From positions 3,133-67,132 of the forward strand of contig DATBQR010000016.1 in assembly GCA_036560705.1 (NCBI GenBank): a stretch of 64,000 nt of DNA, in the 5' to 3' direction. Both the position numbers and the translations under genes were made by a program. Positions 31,127 to 39,418 of the stretch are shown in pieces. Numbering within the stretch: the first letter of the stretch is position 1; every line of letters starts with the position of its first letter. This DNA is from Burkholderiales bacterium (GTDB lineage Bacteria > Pseudomonadota > Gammaproteobacteria > Burkholderiales > SG8-39). The notes beneath the pieces are model-generated. The model worked only from the letters and a program-made list of their open reading frames with translations. It was not told the DNA's origin and searched no databases.

Positions 31127-31588
31127 ATGACACTTTCTGACAAGCTGCCTAACGGCGCCAAGCCGGCGCCGGCTCTCGCCCGCCTGCTGTCGGACAGCGC
31201 GCTCAGCCGCGCCGCCCTGGCGGCCTGCGGCTTCCCCGTTGCGCTCGCCGACGCAACCGCGAAAGGCCGCCCGTTCACCTACGCCAATCCGGCCTTCGAA
31301 TCGTTCTTCGGCTACCGCGCCGACGAGGTCGTCGGCCGCCCGGCGATCACGCTGCTGTTTCCTGAAGACGAAACGGCATCGAGCATGTTCAACGAGGCGC
31401 CAGCGCGGGTGCACATGCGCGCCCGGCGCAAGGACGGCTCGGCAGCGGAGGTCGAACTGTCCATCGGCATGGTGCACGGCGTCGACGGGCGCCTGACCCA
31501 CTGGGTGCTCGCCTTCGCCGACCGCGGCGAAATCGAGCGCATGCGCGAAGAACTGCGCGTGCTGAGGGCAATAGCTGCCGCTCCGTAG
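31127..31588 (+). CDS. stand-alone PAS-domain protein
   Basis: ATG at 31127 (the ORF opens with a TTG at 31076). PAS core …PFTYANPAFESFFGYRADEVVGRPAITLLFPEDE…. No output domain. Confidence 0.75.
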   Translation: MTLSDKLPNGAKPAPALARLLSDSALSRAALAACGFPVALADATAKGRPFTYANPAFESFFGYRADEVVGRPAITLLFPEDETASSMFNEAPARVHMRARRKDGSAAEVELSIGMVHGVDGRLTHWVLAFADRGEIERMREELRVLRAIAAAP

Positions 31589-31658
31589 AAATCGGGGTCA
31601 GAGCCCGATTTCTGGACAATTCCCGAAGGACAGAAGAATCGGTCTCTGACCCCGATTT
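31589..31658. repeat. two inverted copies of a 23-nt palindromic unit forming a long hairpin; probable bidirectional terminator
   Basis: AAATCGGGGTCAGAGCCCGATTT (31589-31611), and the reverse complement of GAATCGGTCTCTGACCCCGATTT (31636-31658) matches it at 21/23. The outer 15 nt are a perfect inverted repeat. The element fills the gap between the convergent PAS and dctM genes. Confidence 0.6.
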
Positions 31659-31661
31659 GTA

Positions 31662-33536
31662 TCAGCCGCCGCCGTAGAGGTAGTTCGGCAGCCACAGCGT
31701 CATTCCCGGCCAGATATACATGAAGACCATGCAGATGATCACGATGATCATGTACGGCATCATGCCGGCGAATATCTGGTTCAGCGTGACGTGCTTGGGT
31801 GCGACGCCTTTCAGGTAAAACGCCGACATCGCCACCGGCGGGCTGAGGAACGCCGCCTGCAGGTTGACGAACACCAGCGTGCCCCAGAGGATCGGGTCGA
31901 TCTGGAAGTGCTTCAGCAGCGGCAGGAAGATCGGCACGAAGATGACGATGATCTCGGTCCATTCCAGCGGCCAGCCGAGCACGAATATGATCGCCTGCGA
32001 CAGGATCATGAACTGGATCGGCGTCATGTTCAGGCTCAGCACCCAGGTCTCGACCAGCTGCTGCCCGCCCAGAATCGCGAACACCCCGGAAAACAGCGCC
32101 GAGCCGATGAACAGCCAGCACACCATGGCGGTGGTCTTGGCGGTGAGGAACACCGACTGCTTCATGCGTTCCCAGCTGAACGTGCCGGCCTGCAGCGCCA
32201 GTATGAAGGCCCCCGCGGAGCCGATCGCCGCCGATTCGGTGGCGGTGGTGATCCCGAAAAGGATCACGGCAAGGACCACGATGGTGAGGATTCCGAGCGG
32301 CATCACCGACGAGATCAGCAGCTTCAGCAGCTCGAAAGACTCGGCCTCCAGCTTCCAGTAGTACCAGAGCAGAAGCAGCGCGGTCGCCGCCACGGTCAGC
32401 CAGAAATAGGTGAAGAATCCCTGCGGCGGGCCGGATTCCGACGGCGCAGCCGCGCCTTGCTTGAGAAACTCCGGCGTGCCGACCTGTTCCACGCCTTCCG
32501 CCTCCTGCGGCTGGTCGGAACTGGCGTCGCTCTCGGCGCTGCCCAGTTCCTGCGGCTTGTCCTGATCCGCCGGCGAGGCCGTGGCGGGGGACGCCTGCTG
32601 CTGCCTGATCACCATGCCCGCGGTCGCCTGGGTATCTGCCTGCTGGTGGATCACCACATACCACCAGATTCCCCACAGCGTTACCGCCGAAAGAATGACC
32701 GGGAACAGCGCGGCAAGAAGGTTCTTCCAGATCACCGCATAAGACAACCGGCGGCCGTCGTTCTCGATGGCGAACGCCTTGCCAGGCATGACCGCCGCAA
32801 GCAGCAACCCGACCATCATGTTGCGCGAGTAGGCCTGGGCGAATTTCCGCACCCACTCGGACACCGGCACTTTCTGCTGTTCCGGCGGCAGGGGCGGCGC
32901 GATCTTGGGGTTGATCAGCGCCCAGCCGATGATGTACACGAGGTACAGGAACGACAGGAAGAAGCCGGGAAACATCGCCGACGCATACAGCTTGACCACC
33001 GACTGCCCGGCCACCGCCGCGTAGACGATGATCATGACGGAGGGCGGGATCAGGATGCCCAGCGTCCCGCCCGCGGTGATGACACCCGAAGCCAGCTTCA
33101 CGTCGTACCCGGCCTTCAGCATCGGATTGAACGCGATCACGCCCATCAACACCACGACGGCCCCCACCAGGCCGCTGGCGATGCCCCAGAACGTGCACAC
33201 GATCAGCGTGGCGACGGCGAGCGAGGCGGGCACGCGGCGGAACGCGAGCTGGATGCTGTAGAACATCTTGTCCACCAGCGCCCCGCGTTCCATCACGTAT
33301 CCCATCAGCACGAACAGCGGGATCGAGATCAGCGTGTCGTTGTTCATCGCCCCGTAGGTACGCTCGACCATCAGGTCGAAGACGCGGTTGTCCAGCCAGG
33401 GGTGCGACGGGTCGTAGAGCGCGATGTAGCCGAAGACCATCCCCAGCCCCATCAGGGTGAACGCCGTCGGAAAGCCCATCATGATCACGATCACGATGAG
33501 CGCGAGCATGGTCAGCCCGAGTGCCGGATCGCTCAT
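31662..33536 (-). CDS. dctM: TRAP transporter large permease (DctM family) with a ~190-aa internal insertion
   Basis: 624 aa. DctM similarity at both ends, interrupted by extra TM helices and a Q/A/S/D/E-rich loop (…QQADTQATAG…QQQASPATASPADQDKPQELGSAESDASSDQPQEAEG…). Confidence 0.92.
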   Translation of the reverse strand: MSDPALGLTMLALIVIVIMMGFPTAFTLMGLGMVFGYIALYDPSHPWLDNRVFDLMVERTYGAMNNDTLISIPLFVLMGYVMERGALVDKMFYSIQLAFRRVPASLAVATLIVCTFWGIASGLVGAVVVLMGVIAFNPMLKAGYDVKLASGVITAGGTLGILIPPSVMIIVYAAVAGQSVVKLYASAMFPGFFLSFLYLVYIIGWALINPKIAPPLPPEQQKVPVSEWVRKFAQAYSRNMMVGLLLAAVMPGKAFAIENDGRRLSYAVIWKNLLAALFPVILSAVTLWGIWWYVVIHQQADTQATAGMVIRQQQASPATASPADQDKPQELGSAESDASSDQPQEAEGVEQVGTPEFLKQGAAAPSESGPPQGFFTYFWLTVAATALLLLWYYWKLEAESFELLKLLISSVMPLGILTIVVLAVILFGITTATESAAIGSAGAFILALQAGTFSWERMKQSVFLTAKTTAMVCWLFIGSALFSGVFAILGGQQLVETWVLSLNMTPIQFMILSQAIIFVLGWPLEWTEIIVIFVPIFLPLLKHFQIDPILWGTLVFVNLQAAFLSPPVAMSAFYLKGVAPKHVTLNQIFAGMMPYMIIVIICMVFMYIWPGMTLWLPNYLYGGG

Positions 33537-34234
33537 TTGCCTTCCCCCTTTGGATGCCGTCCGACCTCTTCGACGGCCCGGTCGCCGAGGCCGCGCGCGT
33601 GCGCGGCGTCGTCGATCTCGTGGACGCTTTCGATCGCCCGCTTGCGCGATTCCTCGTCCACGTAGGTGCTGCCGGCGAGCTGCTGCTCGACGACATCGAT
33701 TTCCTCGGCGTCCTTAAGGCGCTCGGGCCACTCGCCGGTCTTCAGGCATACGATGCAGCGCACGATCTCGGCCACGCCCTGGATCAGCACCAGCACGCCG
33801 GCGATCGGGATCACGGTCTTGAACGGGTAGACCGCCGGTCCGTTCGAAGTCACGTTCGAGTGCTCCTGGATGCGCCACGAGTCGCCCGCGTAGTCGATGC
33901 CCGCCTTGATCAGGGCGATGACGCCGGGAAGAAAGAACAGGATGTACAGGATCAGGTCCAGCGTCGCCTGGGTGCGCGGCTTCATCGAACCATAGAGGAA
34001 GTCGCCCCTGACGTGGGCGTCCTGCGCCAGCGTGTAGGCGCCGCACATCATGAACAGCGTGCCGTACATCATGTTGGTGGCGTCGAATATCCACGCCGTG
34101 GGCATGTTGAGGATGTAGCGCTTGAACACCTCGACGCAGACCGTGGTCATCAGCAGGATGATCAGCCAGGCAACCGCCTTGCCGGCCCAGGTACTGATGT
34201 GGTCGGCCGTAAGAAGAAATTTCTGAATGTTCAT
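33533..34234 (-). CDS. dctQ: TRAP transporter small permease (DctQ family) with acidic C-terminal extension
   Basis: 233 aa. Four TM helices, then a ~70-aa charged tail. ATGA overlap with dctM. Confidence 0.88.
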   Translation of the reverse strand: MNIQKFLLTADHISTWAGKAVAWLIILLMTTVCVEVFKRYILNMPTAWIFDATNMMYGTLFMMCGAYTLAQDAHVRGDFLYGSMKPRTQATLDLILYILFFLPGVIALIKAGIDYAGDSWRIQEHSNVTSNGPAVYPFKTVIPIAGVLVLIQGVAEIVRCIVCLKTGEWPERLKDAEEIDVVEQQLAGSTYVDEESRKRAIESVHEIDDAAHARGLGDRAVEEVGRHPKGEGK

Positions 34235-34270
34235 AATTTGGTGCGGCTAGTCCGTGGCGGAAAACCGGCT

Positions 34271-34315
34271 GAAAAAATGAGGCACCACTCTGGCCATGCG
34301 CCCGAGTGGTGCCTC
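34271..34315 (-). terminator. rho-independent terminator/attenuator between dctP and dctQ
   Basis: On the minus strand: GAGGCACCACTC, 13-nt loop, GAGTGGTGCCTC (perfect 12-bp stem), followed by ATTTTTTC. It lies 18 nt after the dctP stop. Confidence 0.75.
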
Positions 34316-34332
34316 GCTTGGATCGACCAGGA

Positions 34333-35472
34333 TCAGGCTTTCTTCGGCGCGGCCTTGCCGAAATAGTGGTTGTAGGCCATGGCGCGGTTGACGACCACGT
34401 CCTGCTCCCACTTCACCGCACGCTCGGCGAACTTCTTCTGCGATTCGGTGATTTCCTTGACCAGCGGGGTGCTCATCTTCTTCTCGAGCGCCTGGTCGTA
34501 GGCAACCAGTTCCGCCTGCAGCACCGAGGCGGGCGTCTTGTAGAACTTGACCTTGTCGACGGTCTGCAGCGTGATGTAGTCCTGCGAGTTGCGGTCGATC
34601 GCCTTCCACATCATGTTCGCCGACGCCGCGTCGACGGCGCTGGCGATGATCGCCTTCATCTTCCCGGGCAGCGCGTCGTACTTGGTCTTGTTGAAGGTGA
34701 TCTCGAGCTGCTCGGCGTTCTGGTGGTAGCTCTGCAGCATGCACACCTTGGACACGTCGGCGAAGCCGAGCGCGCGGTCGGAAGACGTGTTGTTGAATTC
34801 CGCGGCATCCAGCAGGCCACGGTCGATCGCGGGGACGATCTCGCCGCCCGGCAGCGCGTTGACCGCGGCGCCCATGGCGGTGAAGACGTCGATCGAAATG
34901 CCGACCGTGCGGAATTTCAGGCCCTTGAAGTCCGCGGGCTTGGTGATCGGCTTCTTGTACCAGCCCAGCGGCTGGGTATAGAGCGGCGCGTAGGGGAACG
35001 AAACCACATTGCCGCCGATCGACGCATACAGCTTCTCCAGCAGTTCCTTGCCACCGCCCCACCTGTGCCAGGCGAGCAGCATGTTGGCGTCCATGCCGTA
35101 GGCCGGGCCCGAACCCCAGAGCGCGAGCGCGTTGCTCTTGCCGTAGGAGTAGACCAGCACGCCGTGGCCGCCGTCGAGGGTGCCCTTGGACACCGCTTCC
35201 AGCAGGCCGAACGCCGGCACCACCGCGCCCGCGGGCAGCACTTCGATCTTCAGGTCGCCGCCGGTCATGTCGTTGACGATCTTGGCGTAGTCGAGCGCGT
35301 ACTCGTGGAAAATGTCTTTCGACGGCCATGTGCTCTGGAAGCGCATGCTGATCGGGCCCTGGGCCTTCGCGATCATCGGGAAGCCGAGGGTCGCCGCGCC
35401 AGCCGTTGCCGCTGCCGCGCCCGACAGGAACTTGCGGCGCGAAGCGATGGATTTCTCTTTCTGATTATTCAT
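34333..35472 (-). CDS. dctP: TRAP transporter substrate-binding protein (DctP family, TAT signal)
   Basis: 379 aa with SRRKFLSGAAAATAGAATLG twin-arginine signal, a DctP-like body and a GGAGGAGG Shine-Dalgarno. Confidence 0.92.
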   Translation of the reverse strand: MNNQKEKSIASRRKFLSGAAAATAGAATLGFPMIAKAQGPISMRFQSTWPSKDIFHEYALDYAKIVNDMTGGDLKIEVLPAGAVVPAFGLLEAVSKGTLDGGHGVLVYSYGKSNALALWGSGPAYGMDANMLLAWHRWGGGKELLEKLYASIGGNVVSFPYAPLYTQPLGWYKKPITKPADFKGLKFRTVGISIDVFTAMGAAVNALPGGEIVPAIDRGLLDAAEFNNTSSDRALGFADVSKVCMLQSYHQNAEQLEITFNKTKYDALPGKMKAIIASAVDAASANMMWKAIDRNSQDYITLQTVDKVKFYKTPASVLQAELVAYDQALEKKMSTPLVKEITESQKKFAERAVKWEQDVVVNRAMAYNHYFGKAAPKKA

Positions 35473-35585
35473 TTGGTGCCTCCTCCCAGGAAGTTTGCTC
35501 TAGCTCGGGGCGACGCCCCGCCGGACAAGCCTCGCGATTCTACTCTGCCGTTCGCGCGCGCCGCAAGGCAACTTCACGATGTGAA

Positions 35586-36884
35586 ATGAAATCGCCGCGC
35601 CGCGGAATAGAATCCAGCCTCAACTGTGGGAACGGGGGGTGGGGCGTGGAGCCAGGCAGCGCAGTCGAGGTCGCCAAGCAGGTGCTGGTCGTGTTCGGAG
35701 CCATCCTCGCCACCGGAACGCTGAGCGGGCTGGTCGCGCAGAAAACCGGGATCCCGGACGTCGCGGTGTTCCTGATCGCCGGCATGCTGCTGGGCCCGGA
35801 GGCCGCCAATCTGGTGCATGTCGGCGCCGATTCGACGCTCAACCAGCTGATCCTGATTTTCGGCTCTTCCTACATCCTGTTCGACGGCGGCGCCTCGCTG
35901 CGCCTCAAGGTAATGAAGGAGGTCTGGATCACCATCGTCGTGATCTCCACCGCCGGGGTCGTCATCACGGCGCTCATCACCGGGTACGTCGCGCACCTCG
36001 TTCTCGGGGTGCCGCTGATCGTGGCGATGCTGCTCGGCGCGACGCTCGCCTCCACCGACCCGGCGACGCTGGTGCCGATCTTCAAGCAGGTGCGCGTACG
36101 GGAACGCGTGGCGCAGACCGTGATGTCGGAATCGGCGTTCAATGACGCCATGGGCGCGATCGCCACCTTCACCGTGCTCGGCATCGCCATGGGAACGGGC
36201 GAGTTCTCGCTTGGCGCGGCCGGTTTCAAGCTGGGTAAGGACCTGCTGCTCGGCATCGTCGCGGGAGGCGCGCTCGGCTACCTGGCCGCGCTGCTGATCG
36301 CGCACGAGAAATGGGATTTCCTCGCCGAGTACGCGCCGGTCGTGACCCTCATGGCGGTGATCGGCGCCTACATGGCGGCGGACGGGCTGGCCGCCTCGGG
36401 CTTCATGGCGGTATTCGTGTTCGGCATCGTCGTCGGCAACAAGGACGCCTTCGGCTTTGCCATGGAAGCGGACGAGGAGCGCCGGCTGTCGGAGTTCGTG
36501 GCGACCACCGCGCTCGTCATGCGCATGTTCATCTTCATCCTGCTCGGCACCCAGGTGGATTTCAGCCTGATGAACCGCTATCTCGCCGGCGGGGCCACCG
36601 TCATCGCGGTGTTCATGCTCGTCGCCCGGCCGGTGACGGTTTTCCTGTGCGCGTTGCCGGACCGCCGCGCGCGCTGGACGCTGCAGGAACTGCTGTTCAT
36701 GTGCTGGACGCGCGAGACCGGGGTCATCCCGGCCGCGCTCGCGGGCATGCTGGTCGGCATGAAGGCGCCGGGCGCCGAGATGATCGCCTCAGTCACCTTC
36801 ATCGCGGTATTGATGACCATCCTGATACAGGCGCCGACGACGCGCTGGCTTGCCGGGCGGCTGGGCCTGCTGGAGGAACGCTAG
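35586..36884 (+). CDS. cation:proton antiporter (Na+/H+ exchanger, CPA1-like)
   Basis: ATG at 35586 (a later start is possible). Polytopic membrane protein with …ATLASTDPATLVPIF… and …MSESAFNDAMGA… exchanger motifs. Confidence 0.88.
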   Translation: MKSPRRGIESSLNCGNGGWGVEPGSAVEVAKQVLVVFGAILATGTLSGLVAQKTGIPDVAVFLIAGMLLGPEAANLVHVGADSTLNQLILIFGSSYILFDGGASLRLKVMKEVWITIVVISTAGVVITALITGYVAHLVLGVPLIVAMLLGATLASTDPATLVPIFKQVRVRERVAQTVMSESAFNDAMGAIATFTVLGIAMGTGEFSLGAAGFKLGKDLLLGIVAGGALGYLAALLIAHEKWDFLAEYAPVVTLMAVIGAYMAADGLAASGFMAVFVFGIVVGNKDAFGFAMEADEERRLSEFVATTALVMRMFIFILLGTQVDFSLMNRYLAGGATVIAVFMLVARPVTVFLCALPDRRARWTLQELLFMCWTRETGVIPAALAGMLVGMKAPGAEMIASVTFIAVLMTILIQAPTTRWLAGRLGLLEER

Positions 36885-38002
36885 GGCCCGGAGGGCGGTC
36901 GCGCCCATAGCGCGCTGGCCTCGCGCACCACGTCCGGCAGCGAGCCGGAGGCGGCGAGCCGCGAACGCAGCCAGCCCGCGTCCGAGTCTCCGCGCCGCAC
37001 GCCGTCCGCGAGCTCCCGCACGGCCTCCACGCACCCCAGCCGCGCCGCGTGCGGCATCACCGCCGCCGCGGTATCGAGGACGTCGGCGCCGATGTCCTTC
37101 TTCCTGCGCTCGAAGGGGTCGACCATTTGACCGAGGCAGCCGAAACGGCAGGCCTCGAAGCGGTTGAACGCGTTGACCTGGTAGACCGCCGGCGACGGCG
37201 AGCGCGTGCGCTCCGCGAGCAGCCAGGCGGCGAGCGCCTGCGCATAGCCCGCAAGCAGCGCCGCGCGGCGCACCGTGAGCGGCGTGTCGCAGACGCGGAT
37301 CTCGATGGTGCCGTATTCGGGCTTGGGGCGGATGTCCCAGTAGAAATCCTTCATGCCTTCGACGATGCCGTAGCCGCGCATGGTTTCGAAGTATTCGAGA
37401 AACGCCGCCCAGTCCGGCACGAAAGGCATGTGCCCCGAGAGCGGAAAAGCGCTTACTGCCGTGAGGCGCGAGGACTGGAAGGACGTGTCCTCGCCCTGGG
37501 AAAAGGGCGACGAGGCCGACAGCGCGATGAAGTGCGGCATGTAGCGCGTCAGCATGTGCACCAGGTACACCGCCTCGTCGCCGCTCGCGCAGCCGAGGTG
37601 GATGTGCTGGCCGAACACGGTGAACTGCTTGGCGAGGTAGCCGTAGCGCTCCGTCACCGCCTGGAAGCGCGGGTCCGGGTAGACGCGCCGCTCGGCCCAG
37701 TCGTGGAACGGATGCGCGCCGCCGCCGCAGACGCCCAGGTTCAGCACGCCCGCGGCCTCGCACACCGCGGCGCGCTGCGCATGCAGTTCGGCGAGCGCAC
37801 CCGCGAACGAGGCCTGGATCGAACTGTTCAGCTCGATCATGCTGAGCGTCACCTCGGGCTTGACCGCGCCCGGGACTTTCATCTTCGCCAGGCGCTCGAT
37901 CAGGTCGCCCGCCTCGTGCGCCAGGTCGCGGTCGTGGGCGCGCACCAGCTGGAGCTCGATCTCGATGCCGAGGCTGAGGCTTTGCGAGGGGCCGAATTCC
38001 AT
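36881..38002 (-). CDS. ybdK: carboxylate-amine ligase, YbdK / glutamate-cysteine ligase family 2
   Basis: 373 aa, …LGIEIELQLV…FGQHIHLGC…FYWDIRPKPEYGTIEIRVCD… typical of GCS2/YbdK. Confidence 0.9.
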   Translation of the reverse strand: MEFGPSQSLSLGIEIELQLVRAHDRDLAHEAGDLIERLAKMKVPGAVKPEVTLSMIELNSSIQASFAGALAELHAQRAAVCEAAGVLNLGVCGGGAHPFHDWAERRVYPDPRFQAVTERYGYLAKQFTVFGQHIHLGCASGDEAVYLVHMLTRYMPHFIALSASSPFSQGEDTSFQSSRLTAVSAFPLSGHMPFVPDWAAFLEYFETMRGYGIVEGMKDFYWDIRPKPEYGTIEIRVCDTPLTVRRAALLAGYAQALAAWLLAERTRSPSPAVYQVNAFNRFEACRFGCLGQMVDPFERRKKDIGADVLDTAAAVMPHAARLGCVEAVRELADGVRRGDSDAGWLRSRLAASGSLPDVVREASALWARPPSGP

Positions 38003-38003
38003 G

Positions 38004-39212
38004 TCAGGCTTCAGGGTGCGTTTCGCCGGCGTGCTTCAGGGCGAACTGCGTGGCGAGCGGCCCGATGATCTCGAGCACCGCCACCGCCGAGAGCACGACC
38101 GCGGCGAGTTCCCCGCCAAAACGCGGATAGAGCGCGGCCGTGTCGTAGACCATCACCACCGCGAGCCCCGACATCGGCAGCAGCGACAGCGACAGCAGCC
38201 CGGCGCCGCCGGCGCGCAGCCCCGACAGGCGCCCCAGCGAGAGGATCGCCACCGCCTTGCCGAGGAAACGCACGACGACGAACACCGTGGTGACCGCGGC
38301 GACGGTCCCCAGTCCGCCGAAATCGAGGCTGGCGCCGGAGAGGACGAACAGGACCACGAACAACAGCTGGCCCGCATGCCCGAACCGCAGCGGCAGCAGC
38401 ACGTGGTCGTAGTCGAGATTGCGGGCCAGCATGCCGAGGGTCAGCAGGGCCACGACCACCGGAACATTCGCGGTGCGCGCAAGACCCACTACCAGCACCA
38501 GCAGCGCCACCAGCAGGATGAACTGGCGGTCCTCGCGCTTGCCGAGCCACTTGGCGACCCCGAGCAACAGCTGGCTGCCGACGAAGCCAAGCAGCGCGGC
38601 TCCGCCAAGAAGGTACAGCGGGTGCAGGATCGCCGAGCGCCAGCCGGTTTCATGCTCCAGGTGCACCAGCGGCATGAACAGCATCAACGCGACATAGGCG
38701 AACACGCAATTGACCGCCGTAAACAGCAGCATGCGTTCGGTGATCTGGCCCGAAGCCCGCAGTTCGTGGGAAACCACCATCACCACCGCGGGCGAGGTCG
38801 CAGTACCGACCGCCGCGGCGCAGGCGGCCAGCAGGGGCGCATGGTCGAAATAGCGCAGGCCGGCGTAAATGGCGAAGAACGCTCCGAGGCTCTCGCCGAC
38901 GGCGGCGACCGCGAGCCAGCGGTTGCGGCCCAGCCAATCCAGGTCGAAGCGGTGGCCGAGTTCGAACATGATGAGACCGAGCGCGAGATCAACGAACACG
39001 CGCGTGCCGGCGAGCAGCGGCGCGTGCACAAGGTCGAACACATGTGGGCCGCAGGCGACGCCGACGAGAACGTAGCCGGTGACGCGCGGCAGCGCGACGA
39101 AGCGGTGCAGCGCCTCTCCCCCGAGGAGGCCGGCGCCAAGCAGCCCGCCGAACAGGACGAGGTCGCCGAGGGCAGGGGGCCAACCGGGCAGGAACCACAG
39201 CAGATCCGACAT
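38004..39212 (-). CDS. cation:proton antiporter (CPA2-like, no KTN domain)
   Basis: ORF trimmed to the ATG at 39212, preceded by GGAGGG. About 12 TM helices. Its stop is 1 nt before the ybdK ATG. Confidence 0.85.
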   Translation of the reverse strand: MSDLLWFLPGWPPALGDLVLFGGLLGAGLLGGEALHRFVALPRVTGYVLVGVACGPHVFDLVHAPLLAGTRVFVDLALGLIMFELGHRFDLDWLGRNRWLAVAAVGESLGAFFAIYAGLRYFDHAPLLAACAAAVGTATSPAVVMVVSHELRASGQITERMLLFTAVNCVFAYVALMLFMPLVHLEHETGWRSAILHPLYLLGGAALLGFVGSQLLLGVAKWLGKREDRQFILLVALLVLVVGLARTANVPVVVALLTLGMLARNLDYDHVLLPLRFGHAGQLLFVVLFVLSGASLDFGGLGTVAAVTTVFVVVRFLGKAVAILSLGRLSGLRAGGAGLLSLSLLPMSGLAVVMVYDTAALYPRFGGELAAVVLSAVAVLEIIGPLATQFALKHAGETHPEA

Positions 39213-39418
39213 TCCGCACCCTCCTCGTCGCCCGATCGGCGCGGCCTTAAGCAAGGACGCGGAGAGGGCGTCAGACTTGCGGGAGCAAGGCCCGGTTTCC
39301 GACGCTGCCAGTCCTGCCGGACGCGCATTTGGCGCTGGCGCGACCTGCTTCAGCGCATAGAATTATGCCTTACGCAGCGGCCATCGCGCGGCCGCCGCGA
39401 TGTCTCCGGCCCCCGACG

